Source: an uncultured Ruminococcus sp. (GTDB lineage: Bacteria > Bacillota > Clostridia > Oscillospirales > Ruminococcaceae). Taken from it: DNA of 64,000 bases. Within the stretch, counting starts at the first letter, position 1; every line of letters begins with the position of its first letter. The stretch is taken from assembly GCF_937915125.1 (NCBI RefSeq), contig NZ_CALDMP010000076.1:3529-67528 (forward strand). Direction: 5' to 3'. The notes beneath the pieces were generated by a model. The model did not search any database and was not told the origin of the DNA. It worked only from the letters and a program-made list of their open reading frames with translations. A program made the translations under genes and the position numbers. Positions 21,169-30,070 of the stretch are shown piece after piece.

Positions 21169-21416
21169 AATAGAACCTCCTGCCGTAAATGCAATATGGG
21201 CATCTCCCCACCCCGTGGGGAGTCATCCTAGTCGCCGTCCGCAGACAGCGAAACACCCTGCGCCGTATTCCGGTGCGGGTCAAGGGTGGTGAGAAAAAGC
21301 AACCCCTTGAAAACGTTCCAGTGGAACGTTTTCAACGCACCCACTCCAATCCTCACCAAAAATCCCACAACAAAAGCCGTCAACTGCATGACGGCTCTTT
21401 CAACAATACTTTCGAT

Positions 21417-22706
21417 TTACAGCGCTTCTTTCAACTCTGCTGATGCCGCCGGCTCGGAAACCTTCTGAATATCTGCACCGATCTCACGGAGCTTTGCATC
21501 CAAATTCGCATAGCCGCGCTCAATATGATAAATGTCCTCAATTTCCGTAATACCATGTGCCGCCAGTCCTGCAATGATCAGTGCTGCACCTGCACGGAGA
21601 TCGCACGCCTTTACCGGTGCACCCGTAAGCCGTCCAGTGCCTTCCACGACAGCAACCTTGCCATCCACAGAAATATCCGCACCCATACGGCGCAGCTCAT
21701 CCACATAACGGAAACGCTGCTCCCAGACGCCTTCTGTAATGATACTCGTACCCTCAGCCAGTGTCAGCAGCGTGGTGATCTGGGGCTGCATATCCGTGGG
21801 GAAACCCGGATGGGGCATGGTTTTGACATTGGTACGCACCAGCGGTCCGTCTACCCAGACACGGACACTGTCGTCGAATTCCTCAATATTTACACCGATC
21901 TTCCGCAGCTTACTGGTAATCGGCTCCAGATGCTTCGGAATCACATTTGTCACCAGAACATCGCCGCCTGTTGCAGCTGCTGCGATCATAAAAGTACCAG
22001 CCTCGATCTGGTCGGGAATGACAGAATATACTGCACCGTGGAGATGCTCCACGCCACGAATTTTGATGACATCCGTGCCGGCACCCATGATGTCTGCACC
22101 CATGGAGTTCAGGAAGTTCGCCAGGTCAACGATATGGGGTTCCTTGGCTGCATTTTCAATGATAGTCAGTCCCTTGGCACGGACAGCTGCCAGCATGGCG
22201 TTCATGGTCGCACCAACAGAGACCACGTCTAAGTAGATCTGATTGCCCACCAGCTGATCTGCCACCAGATCCACCATGCCATGTTCAATGCTGCATCTTG
22301 CACCCAGGGCAGAAAATGCCTTCAAATGCTGGTCAATGGGTCGGTCACCCAGAGGGCATCCGCCCGGCATAGACACACGTGCCTTTCCATAGCGTCCCAG
22401 CAGTGCACCCAGGAAGTAATAGGATGCCCGCATTTTCCGCGCACTCTCATAGGGTACACAATAATTGGTCAGACCTGCCGCAGAAATACGGACAGTGGTT
22501 TTGTTCAGATATTCCACCTGCGCCCCCATCTCGTAGAGGATCCGCAGGCTGATGGAAACGTCGCTGATATCCGGGACATTTTCCAGAATACAAGGTTCAT
22601 CGCTGAGCAGAACTGCCGGGATCAGGGCAACCGCCGCATTCTTTGCTCCGCTGACTTCTATTTCTCCGGCAAGGCGATGCCCGCCGTGAATGACAAATTT
22701 ATCCAA
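21417..22706 (-). CDS. murA: UDP-N-acetylglucosamine 1-carboxyvinyltransferase
   Basis: GAKNAA, MRASY, PGGCPLGDRPIDQH, PGFPTDMQ, DLRAGA, RGY; TTG start at 22706 after AAGGAGAG. Confidence 0.96.
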   Translation of the reverse strand: MDKFVIHGGHRLAGEIEVSGAKNAAVALIPAVLLSDEPCILENVPDISDVSISLRILYEMGAQVEYLNKTTVRISAAGLTNYCVPYESARKMRASYYFLGALLGRYGKARVSMPGGCPLGDRPIDQHLKAFSALGARCSIEHGMVDLVADQLVGNQIYLDVVSVGATMNAMLAAVRAKGLTIIENAAKEPHIVDLANFLNSMGADIMGAGTDVIKIRGVEHLHGAVYSVIPDQIEAGTFMIAAAATGGDVLVTNVIPKHLEPITSKLRKIGVNIEEFDDSVRVWVDGPLVRTNVKTMPHPGFPTDMQPQITTLLTLAEGTSIITEGVWEQRFRYVDELRRMGADISVDGKVAVVEGTGRLTGAPVKACDLRAGAALIIAGLAAHGITEIEDIYHIERGYANLDAKLREIGADIQKVSEPAASAELKEAL

Positions 22707-23028
22707 TTTCGTCTCTCCTTCAATTTGTGCACCAGGCACTTGGCGAAAGGCACCGGGAAAGGAGCCGGGTCTTTCATGCCGGGAGGCACATCAGGAACCG
22801 CAAGCTTTTATTTCGCAGCAAGCTGCACTGCAATTCCTGCACATCTATTCCAGCACGCCCGCATTCGCACGCAGGCATTTCCATTGGTATATGACTTACC
22901 CGGCAGTATCTGCCAGGAAAAAATGCTTTTCCAAAACGCCGGATGCACTTCCGGCAACGCACAGCTGTATGCAATTGCCATACAATCTGAGCATCTGCAC
23001 ACAGTATATTTTGTATGCTATCTTTATT

Positions 23029-23057
23029 ATTATACACGAATCCACTGCGTTTGTAAA
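23029..23057 (-). promoter_or_regulatory. Putative sigma-A promoter ~315 nt upstream of murA
   Basis: Minus strand TTTACA, 17 bp, TATAAT. Confidence 0.55.
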
Positions 23058-23175
23058 GTAAAAAGCAAGTATTTTTTTCGCATTTTGGCAGTATTGCAGG
23101 AAAAGTCAAGTCCACCGTCAAACCATTTGTACGCATTTCATAAAAATTGAAGCAAAATTTCAACAAAGTGCCCAA

Positions 23176-23994
23176 TCACGAAGCAGATAATTCCCCATAC
23201 GTACCAATTTCAATGGATGTGATGAGGATATCTTCCTCCGGCGGTGTATAGCCGCCCTCGGTCTCTGCCGGTTTTGCTGCTGCATCGGTAATGGCATCAA
23301 TGGTGGCAAAGCTCTCGTCGCCGTATGCCTGGGCAAATACCGTCATCTGCTGAGAATAGTTGGGCACACCACCCCGTTCCAGGAATGCATTGTTGATCGC
23401 CTCTGCATTTTCAGAGACAGACTGCAATTCTTCCTTAGTGGCATCGTCAAATACAATGGAATTGCACACGACAAACCGTGTGCCGCAGTAAGCTGTCATT
23501 CCTCCAGTGAGACGTGCCCAGAAGCCGCCTTCCTGCGTGGTAGTAGGAACACAGAATGCGCCCCGCAGCGGCCAGAGATCCGGGCTGGTCTCCCGTTCCA
23601 CCTTTTCGTAGGTATCATCTGCCCCGGCTGCCAGGGTGCCGTCCACATTGGGGCTGCCTGCTTCGAAATAGACGCCTTTTTCCACGGAGAACACATAGGT
23701 GTTGTCATAATAGCCGGACTCTGCCAGTTCTGTGAACTGTGCCACATAGTCAGGTGCCTGTTCCGGGTATAGTTCCGCCACAATATCCCCTGCTGTGGTG
23801 TGCACTTTCATTGCCATTGCATCCTCTTCCGGTTCATCCAGCTGCACCAGGGTCACCTCACCCATATCCACATAGGTTTTGCTCTGCTGCTCCAGATAGG
23901 AACAACAGGAGAACACGCCGAAACAAAGCAGCGTCATGACAATCATCAGGATGAATACCCTGGTGATCCCTTTTTTATGATCCTTGAACGCCAT
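23176..23994 (-). CDS. Membrane-anchored cyclophilin-fold (PPIase-like) protein
   Basis: N-terminal TM/lipobox-like segment; T.AGDI...LYP..AP..V..F..LA.SGYYDN, GGVP, TVFAQ, I.SIEI cyclophilin scaffold motifs. Confidence 0.7.
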   Translation of the reverse strand: MAFKDHKKGITRVFILMIVMTLLCFGVFSCCSYLEQQSKTYVDMGEVTLVQLDEPEEDAMAMKVHTTAGDIVAELYPEQAPDYVAQFTELAESGYYDNTYVFSVEKGVYFEAGSPNVDGTLAAGADDTYEKVERETSPDLWPLRGAFCVPTTTQEGGFWARLTGGMTAYCGTRFVVCNSIVFDDATKEELQSVSENAEAINNAFLERGGVPNYSQQMTVFAQAYGDESFATIDAITDAAAKPAETEGGYTPPEEDILITSIEIGTYGELSAS

Positions 23995-24006
23995 AAAAAT
24001 CCTTTC

Positions 24007-25410
24007 TTATTCCGCAATTTTTGTGATTTCCGTACCCTGTCTGGTTTCCCGCACAGCATAGCCCAGTGCGGCGATCTCGTCCCGGAGACGGTCTGCCTCA
24101 GCGAAATCCTTTGCCTTTCTGGCAGCCTTGCGCTGTTCCACCAGTTCCAGCACCTCCGCCGGAATCTCATCTGCCTTTTTGCGATTATAGAGCAGACCCA
24201 TCACACCGGTCAGTTCATCGAAGAGTGCCGCACCGGCTTCCAGCTGTTCCTTTGGTGTGGCAGCGTCTGCGCTCATAATATTCAGTTCACGCACCAGTTC
24301 AAAAATGGCTGTCATGCCGTCTGCGGTGTTGAGATCATCGTCCATAGCCGTAATAAACTGCTGTTTCCGTTTTTCGAAAATTTCCTTTGCCGTATCGGAA
24401 ACCGTTCCCGGCTTTGCCGCAGCAATGGCACGATCCAGTGTCTCCCGGCAGGCATACAGACGTTCCAAAGACGCCTTGCAGGCATCCAGCAGTTCCTTAC
24501 AGTAGTTGATGGGACTGCGGTAATGCGCCTGTACCATCATATAACGAATCACTTCATAGCCGTACTGTTCCGCCACTTCTCTTGCGGTGAAGAAATTGCC
24601 CAGGGATTTGGACATCTTCTTGTTGTCAATATTGATATAGCCGTTGTGCATCCAGTAGTGGGCAAAGGGCTTGCCGTTTGCGGCTTCGCTCTGTGCGATC
24701 TCGTTCTCATGGTGCGGGAAGATCAGATCCTGACCGCCGCAGTGGAGGTCGAATGTCTCCCCCAGATAGTGGCAGGACATGGCAGAGCATTCAATGTGCC
24801 AGCCGGGACGACCCTTGCCCCAGGGAGATTCCCAATAGGGCTCGCCGGGCTTTGCGGCTTTCCATACGGCGAAGTCCAGAGGTTCTTCCTTCACGTCATT
24901 GACATCAATTCTGGCACCTGCCTGCAATTCCTCAATGGGCTGGCCGGACAGCTTGCCGTATTCCGGGAAGGACGAGGTGCGGAAGTATACATCCCCGTTG
25001 GATGCCACATAGGCATGGCCGGAGTCCACCAGTTTCTTGACAATGCCGATAATGAGCTCCATGCTGTCGGTAACTGTGGGATGGATATCCGCATCCATAA
25101 CATTCAGACCGTGGGCATCGGTTTTGTACTCTGCAATATAGCGAGTGGCAATTTCCGCAGCAGTCACGCCCTCTTCATTTGCCTTTTTGATGATCTTGTC
25201 GTCCACATCGGTGAAGTTCTGGACGTAAGTCACTTTGTAGCCCCGATAGGTCAGATACCGGCGCAGGACATCGAATGCACAGATGGGGCGTGCATTTCCG
25301 ATATGGATGTAGTTATAGACGGTGGGACCGCAAGCATAAATGCGGACGTGACCTGCCTCCATCGGGACGAGTTCTTCTTTTTTGCGTGTCAGCGTGTTGT
25401 AAATCTGCAT
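24007..25410 (-). CDS. cysS: Cysteine--tRNA ligase
   Basis: CGPTVY..HIGN, GRPGWHIECS, KMSKS; start MQIYNT at 25410 after AAGGAG. Confidence 0.97.
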   Translation of the reverse strand: MQIYNTLTRKKEELVPMEAGHVRIYACGPTVYNYIHIGNARPICAFDVLRRYLTYRGYKVTYVQNFTDVDDKIIKKANEEGVTAAEIATRYIAEYKTDAHGLNVMDADIHPTVTDSMELIIGIVKKLVDSGHAYVASNGDVYFRTSSFPEYGKLSGQPIEELQAGARIDVNDVKEEPLDFAVWKAAKPGEPYWESPWGKGRPGWHIECSAMSCHYLGETFDLHCGGQDLIFPHHENEIAQSEAANGKPFAHYWMHNGYINIDNKKMSKSLGNFFTAREVAEQYGYEVIRYMMVQAHYRSPINYCKELLDACKASLERLYACRETLDRAIAAAKPGTVSDTAKEIFEKRKQQFITAMDDDLNTADGMTAIFELVRELNIMSADAATPKEQLEAGAALFDELTGVMGLLYNRKKADEIPAEVLELVEQRKAARKAKDFAEADRLRDEIAALGYAVRETRQGTEITKIAE

Positions 25411-25438
25411 GACCGTTTGCTCCTTTGTAAAAATATAG

Positions 25439-25610
25439 GGCAATACCGCACAAAGATTGTGCGTCAGATGCGCCGTCAGATTTTTCGTCAGATGAAACAA
25501 AAAGCGCAGTGAATACTTTGTGTATTCACGAGCATTTTTGTGAAATATGACGGAAAATATGCAAGCATATGATGTGCAAAGCCGTCAGGCGCTCTTTGTG
25601 CGGTGTTGCC
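25439..25610 (+). mobile_element. MITE family A, copy 1 (172 bp)
   Basis: TIR GGCAATACCGCACAAAGA...TCTTTGTGCGGTGTTGCC; 4-bp direct repeat ATAG on both sides; near-identical copies at 35832 and 55633. Confidence 0.88.
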
Positions 25611-25705
25611 ATAGGATGTATCCACGCCGGACGGCGTGGAAGTGAATCAAAAATCCTTTGCAGGATATTGCCTGTGCTTCGCACAGATCAGAATCACAGC
25701 ATGTT

Positions 25706-26359
25706 TCACCTTGAAAACAGAAATTCTTGAAACGCCTGCATATCCGGAAAAATATGCTCTGCCAGCTGTTCCATCTCCGCCGTAGGCGGCAGGAGATCCG
25801 GGATCATCACCGGATGCATACCAGCACGGGACGCCGCACGGATACCATTATAGGAATCCTCCACTGCATAAGCAACTCCCGGTGATATCCCCAGAGCGTC
25901 ACAGGCACGGAGATAAATCTCCGGCTCTGGCTTGCTGCGATGTACCATATCGCCGCCGATGATCTGATCGAAACTATTCTCCAGCCCGAACATGGCAAGC
26001 TGTTTCCGGATGACTATCTGCCGTGTGGATGAGGCAATGCCTATGGCGAAGTGATTTTCCCGAAGTGCCGCCAGTATCTCCCGGACACCGGGTTTCAACG
26101 CCAGCCAGCCTGCCTGAACATGCTCCCAATACAGGGCAGACATCTCCGCCTTGTATTCGTCATAAGGGAAATCTGCACCATAGGTTTCCAGGAACTTCTG
26201 TTTCGCAGCGGCGGCATTGCTGCCCAGGCATTTCTGACAGGTACTGCGCACATGGTCGATCTGGTGCTTTTCCGCGGTCAATTCCCAGCATTGCAGCACC
26301 AGTGCCTCAGAGTCAAACAGCACGCCGTCCATATCAAACACAACGCATTGGCATTTCAT
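25706..26359 (-). CDS. HAD-superfamily phosphatase (beta-PGM/CbbY-like)
   Basis: FDMDGVLFDSE motif I, ASS, KPEP, EDS.NG motifs. Confidence 0.9.
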   Translation of the reverse strand: MKCQCVVFDMDGVLFDSEALVLQCWELTAEKHQIDHVRSTCQKCLGSNAAAAKQKFLETYGADFPYDEYKAEMSALYWEHVQAGWLALKPGVREILAALRENHFAIGIASSTRQIVIRKQLAMFGLENSFDQIIGGDMVHRSKPEPEIYLRACDALGISPGVAYAVEDSYNGIRAASRAGMHPVMIPDLLPPTAEMEQLAEHIFPDMQAFQEFLFSR

Positions 26360-26371
26360 AGGAATTCTCCT

Positions 26372-27037
26372 TTATTCTGCTTTTTCCGCAGATTCCTTCT
26401 GATTTTCCAGTTCCGTCATTTCCTTGCGCAGACACCGCACAGCACATTGCAGCTTTGCGATATCCTGCATATTCAGATCGGGAATGTGAATCTGATCCAG
26501 ATCCTGTTCCACCTTCTGCCCCTCTCTCCGGGCGATCCGTGCCGGAACGCCCACAGCGGTGCAGTTGTCGGGAATATCCTTGAGCACCACCGCATTGGCG
26601 GCAACCTTTACGTTATTCCCGATATTGATGGGACCTAGCACCTTTGCGCCTGCACCCACCATGACATTATCACCTAGTGTGGGGTGGCGTTTCCCCTTAT
26701 CCTTTCCCGTACCGCCCAGGGTCACGCCCTGATACAGCAGGCAGTTGTCACCGATAATGGTCGTTTCGCCGATGACAACACCCATGCCGTGGTCAATGAA
26801 CAGTCCCTTGCCGATCTGTGCGCCGGGGTGGATTTCAATGCCCGTTTTGTGCCGGGCACGCTGGGAGATGATCCGGGCAATGGTATAAAATTTATGGGTA
26901 TAGAACCAGTGGGCACGCCGATAGCTGCGCACGGCTTTCAAGCCGGAATAGGTCAGCAGAATCTCAAAGCTGCTGCGCGCTGCCGGGTCTTTTTCCTTTA
27001 CAATGGCAATGTCCTCCCGAAGCTGTCGAAACATCAT
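26372..27037 (-). CDS. cysE: Serine O-acetyltransferase
   Basis: [30 protein letters not shown] hexapeptide-repeat motifs. Confidence 0.96.
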   Translation of the reverse strand: MMFRQLREDIAIVKEKDPAARSSFEILLTYSGLKAVRSYRRAHWFYTHKFYTIARIISQRARHKTGIEIHPGAQIGKGLFIDHGMGVVIGETTIIGDNCLLYQGVTLGGTGKDKGKRHPTLGDNVMVGAGAKVLGPINIGNNVKVAANAVVLKDIPDNCTAVGVPARIARREGQKVEQDLDQIHIPDLNMQDIAKLQCAVRCLRKEMTELENQKESAEKAE

Positions 27038-27149
27038 ATATCACCTCCAAAAAGTCAAGCATAAAAGTTTGTTTCAAATGCGGGCGGATGAAATCCGCAC
27101 ATGTTTCTGATACAAAAATGATTTTCTGTATGAATCATATCCCATAACC

Positions 27150-27410
27150 AAAAACCGCCTCCGCAAATGCGCAAAACGCACTTGCAGAGGCGGTTATGAT
27201 TAACCTCGGTTCCACTCTGATTTCTCACTCAAGGCACCGTAACGAGGTGTAGACGGATATGGATACTAATTTCCCCACATCAACTAACAGTTGCACTTCG
27301 TCGCAGTGCCCGGCATCGTTCCACCAACCCGATGCTCTCTGTGCGGTGCTGCTGCGGTTACTCTAACTGCTGCGTTGTTCTTCTATTTTTTATATTACCG
27401 GATTCCGGTC
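27150..27410 (-). ncRNA. Cys T-box riboswitch leader of cysE-HAD-cysS
   Basis: Minus strand: AGAGA and GGTGGAA stem-I motifs, GAAG-TGC-AA specifier (Cys codon at 27295-27293), T-box AGAGTGGAACCGAG (27218-27205), terminator AACCGCCTC...GAGGCGGTTTTT. Confidence 0.9.
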
Positions 27411-27416
27411 ATTACT

Positions 27417-27445
27417 ATTATATGCGATTCTGCTCTATTTGTCAA
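27417..27445 (-). promoter_or_regulatory. Sigma-A promoter of the T-box leader
   Basis: TTGACA-17 bp-TATAAT on minus strand. Confidence 0.8.
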
Positions 27446-27496
27446 GGCAAAAATATTGGAGGCCGCAAATCAATTTTTCTTGTTTGGCTTGATAAT

Positions 27497-27566
27497 GTAG
27501 AGGCGACCATTGTTCGCCCGTTGTGCGTTTTGGGAAATTTGCGGGCGAACACAGTTCGCCCCTACA
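27497..27566. repeat. GTAG-type REP doublet
   Basis: GTAGAGGCGACC..GTTCGCCCG ... CGGGCGAAC..GTTCGCCCCTAC. Confidence 0.7.
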
Positions 27567-27593
27567 GTTCTTTTTAAAAAATCTGTGAAATAA

Positions 27594-27758
27594 GGGCATC
27601 TCTAAAAACCCCGAATCCGTCAGATGTGGTGCAGATTTGCGACAGATTCCCTTTCGAAAAAACGCAGGAATACTCGATGTATTTCAAGTTTTTTCGAAAG
27701 GGAAGATGGCGTAAAGATGCGCCGCAGATGACGGGTGAGCGGGTTTTTAGAGGTGACC
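27594..27758 (+). mobile_element. MITE family B, copy 1 (165 bp)
   Basis: TIR GGGCATCTCTAAAAACCC...GGGTTTTTAGAGGTGACC; 4-bp direct repeat ATAA; copy at 32709 differs by one base that I could see. Confidence 0.88.
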
Positions 27759-27773
27759 ATAAGAAAAAAGGGC

Positions 27774-27837
27774 TTGACATTCCGCAAAATTGTGCTAAAA
27801 TAGTTCTATACTGAACTGTTCATATGTGAACAGTTCA
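27774..27837 (+). promoter_or_regulatory. Promoter and MarR operator of marR-ABC-ABC module 1
   Basis: TTGACA (27774)...TG-c-TAAAAT; perfect IR TGAACTGTTCA-tatg-TGAACAGTTCA (27812-27837) just downstream. Confidence 0.75.
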
Positions 27838-27862
27838 AACTCGAACAAAAGGAGGTGACTGC

Positions 27863-28303
27863 ATGCAGCACCTGGGATTTGAGATACACCGTCTGGAGAA
27901 GCTCATGACACGAAGAAGAGCCTATTCCCACGTCCATGCAGAGGCAGAACGTCTGACGGGAATGCACGGCTATCTGATTGGATATCTCTATGAAAACCGG
28001 GATCACGATGTGTTTCAGCGGGATATCGAAAAACAATTCTCCATGAGTCGTTCTTCGGTGACAGCAACACTACAGCTCATGGAAAAAAACAGTCTTATTA
28101 CACGGGAAAGCGTGGCACAGGATGCCCGGCTGAAACGGATCCTGCTCACACAAAAGGCATTGGAACTGCATCAGCAGATCCAGGAAGATATCATGACATT
28201 TGAATCACAGCTGACAAAGGGGATCTCAGAGGAAGAAGCCGCTGTTTTTTTGCAGGTGGTTCAGAAAATGCGGGACAATCTGGGCGTAGAGCCATGCCCA
28301 TAA
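27863..28303 (+). CDS. MarR family transcriptional regulator
   Basis: QRDIEK.F...RSSVT..LQLMEK..LI.R.....DARLK...LT wHTH; AAGGAGG RBS. Confidence 0.92.
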   Translation: MQHLGFEIHRLEKLMTRRRAYSHVHAEAERLTGMHGYLIGYLYENRDHDVFQRDIEKQFSMSRSSVTATLQLMEKNSLITRESVAQDARLKRILLTQKALELHQQIQEDIMTFESQLTKGISEEEAAVFLQVVQKMRDNLGVEPCP

Positions 28304-28336
28304 GGCAAGTGTCCGATTTCAAAGGAGGATTTGCAT

Positions 28337-30070
28337 ATGATACGAAAACTGATCCGATCGGTTCGGGAATATAAACTGCCGTCCCTGCTGTCGCCAGTGT
28401 TTGTCATTCTGGAGGTCGTCATGGAAGTGATCATTCCCATTCTCATGGCGATACTCATTGACGAGGGCATTGACGGTGACGGCGGCATGGACGCAGTGAC
28501 CCACTATGGTCTCATTCTCATTGGCTGCTGTGTGGCATCACTGCTGTTCGGCGCACTTGCCGGGCATTTTGCCGCATTCGCCTCTGCCGGATTTGCGAAG
28601 AATCTGCGGCATGACATGTTCTATCGTGTCCAGAACTATTCCTTTTCCAACATCGACAAATTTTCGGCGGCAAGCATTGTCACCCGTCTGACCACGGACG
28701 TGACCAATGTCCAGAACGCCTACCAGATGATGATCCGTGTGGCGCTGCGTTCGCCGGCAATGCTGATCTTTTCCATGGTCATGGCGTTTCAGCTGAGCTT
28801 CCGGCTGTCGCTGATCTACCTGGCGGCAATCCCGGTGCTGGGCGTGGGGTTGTTTTGCATCATGACAAAAGTGCACCCCATTTTCGAACGGGTGTTCAGG
28901 ACATACGATAAGCTGAACAATATTACACAGGAAAATCTCCACGGCATCCGGGTGGTAAAATCCTTTGTCCGGGAAGAACACGAGATCGAGAAATTTTCCG
29001 GCGTTTCCGAGAATATCTATCAGGATTTCACCAGGGCAGAAAAGCGGCTGTCGTTCAATGCACCCCTCATGCAGTTCTGCATGTATGCCTGCATGATCCT
29101 GGTTTCCTGGTTCGGCGCCAGAATGATCGTCAGCGATACCCTGACCACAGGTCAGCTCATGAGCCTGATGACCTATGCCATTCAGATCCTGTCCAGCCTT
29201 ATGATGCTGTCTATGGTATTTGTCATGATCACCATGTCCCGTGCTTCTGTGGAACGTATTTCGGAACTTCTGGATGAGGAGAGCGATATCACCAGTCCGG
29301 AAAACGCAGTTACGGAAGTGCAGGACGGCAGCATTGACTTTGAGCACGTCAGCTTCAGTTACAGCAAGCGAGAAGATAAGTGCTGCTTACAGGATATTGA
29401 TCTGCACATTCCTGCCGGCATGACTGTGGGTATCCTGGGCGGCACGGGCAGCGCCAAGAGTTCTCTGGTGCAGCTGATCCCACGTCTCTATGATGCAACC
29501 ATGGGTACGGTCAAGGTCGGCGGCGTGGATGTCCGGGAATATGACGTGGAAGCACTCCGGGAAGAGGTCGCCATGGTGCTGCAAAAGAATGTACTCTTCT
29601 CCGGTACCATCAAGGAGAATCTCCGCTGGGGTGATCCGGATGCCACAGATGAGGAACTGGTGCGTGCCTGCCAGCTGGCACATGCAGACGAGTTTATCCA
29701 GACATTCCCCGAACAGTACGATACATACATTGAACAAGGGGGTGCCAATGTCTCCGGCGGTCAAAAGCAGCGGCTCTGTATTGCACGGGCACTGCTGAAA
29801 AAGCCGAAGATCCTCATTCTGGACGACTCCACCAGCGCTGTGGATACCCATACCGACGCTTGCATCCGCCAGGCGTTCCGGGATGAGATCCCCAACACCA
29901 CAAAGCTGATCATTGCCCAGCGTGTGACATCTCTCATGGATGCAGACCTGATTCTGGTGATGGATGAAGGAAAGATCAGCGGCATGGGTACGCATGAGGA
30001 GTTGCTGCAAAATAATGCGATTTACCGGGAAGTTTATGAATCCCAGCAGAAAGGAAGTGTTCCGCAATGA
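28337..30070 (+). CDS. ABC exporter TMD-NBD subunit (heterodimer, degenerate site)
   Basis: Six TM; GGTGSAKS Walker A, SGGQKQR, LDDSTSA/AQR degenerate motifs. Confidence 0.92.
   Translation: MIRKLIRSVREYKLPSLLSPVFVILEVVMEVIIPILMAILIDEGIDGDGGMDAVTHYGLILIGCCVASLLFGALAGHFAAFASAGFAKNLRHDMFYRVQNYSFSNIDKFSAASIVTRLTTDVTNVQNAYQMMIRVALRSPAMLIFSMVMAFQLSFRLSLIYLAAIPVLGVGLFCIMTKVHPIFERVFRTYDKLNNITQENLHGIRVVKSFVREEHEIEKFSGVSENIYQDFTRAEKRLSFNAPLMQFCMYACMILVSWFGARMIVSDTLTTGQLMSLMTYAIQILSSLMMLSMVFVMITMSRASVERISELLDEESDITSPENAVTEVQDGSIDFEHVSFSYSKREDKCCLQDIDLHIPAGMTVGILGGTGSAKSSLVQLIPRLYDATMGTVKVGGVDVREYDVEALREEVAMVLQKNVLFSGTIKENLRWGDPDATDEELVRACQLAHADEFIQTFPEQYDTYIEQGGANVSGGQKQRLCIARALLKKPKILILDDSTSAVDTHTDACIRQAFRDEIPNTTKLIIAQRVTSLMDADLILVMDEGKISGMGTHEELLQNNAIYREVYESQQKGSVPQ

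Noticed and set aside
25411..25500. N-terminal extension of CysS (MFHLTKNL...)
   Set aside because: The frame merely runs into MITE A; the true start MQIYNT has its own AAGGAG RBS
27574..27814. Duplicated small ORFs (MVQICDRFPFEK..., also at 32638-33019)
   Set aside because: Translations of MITE B sequence with no RBS or recognisable domain
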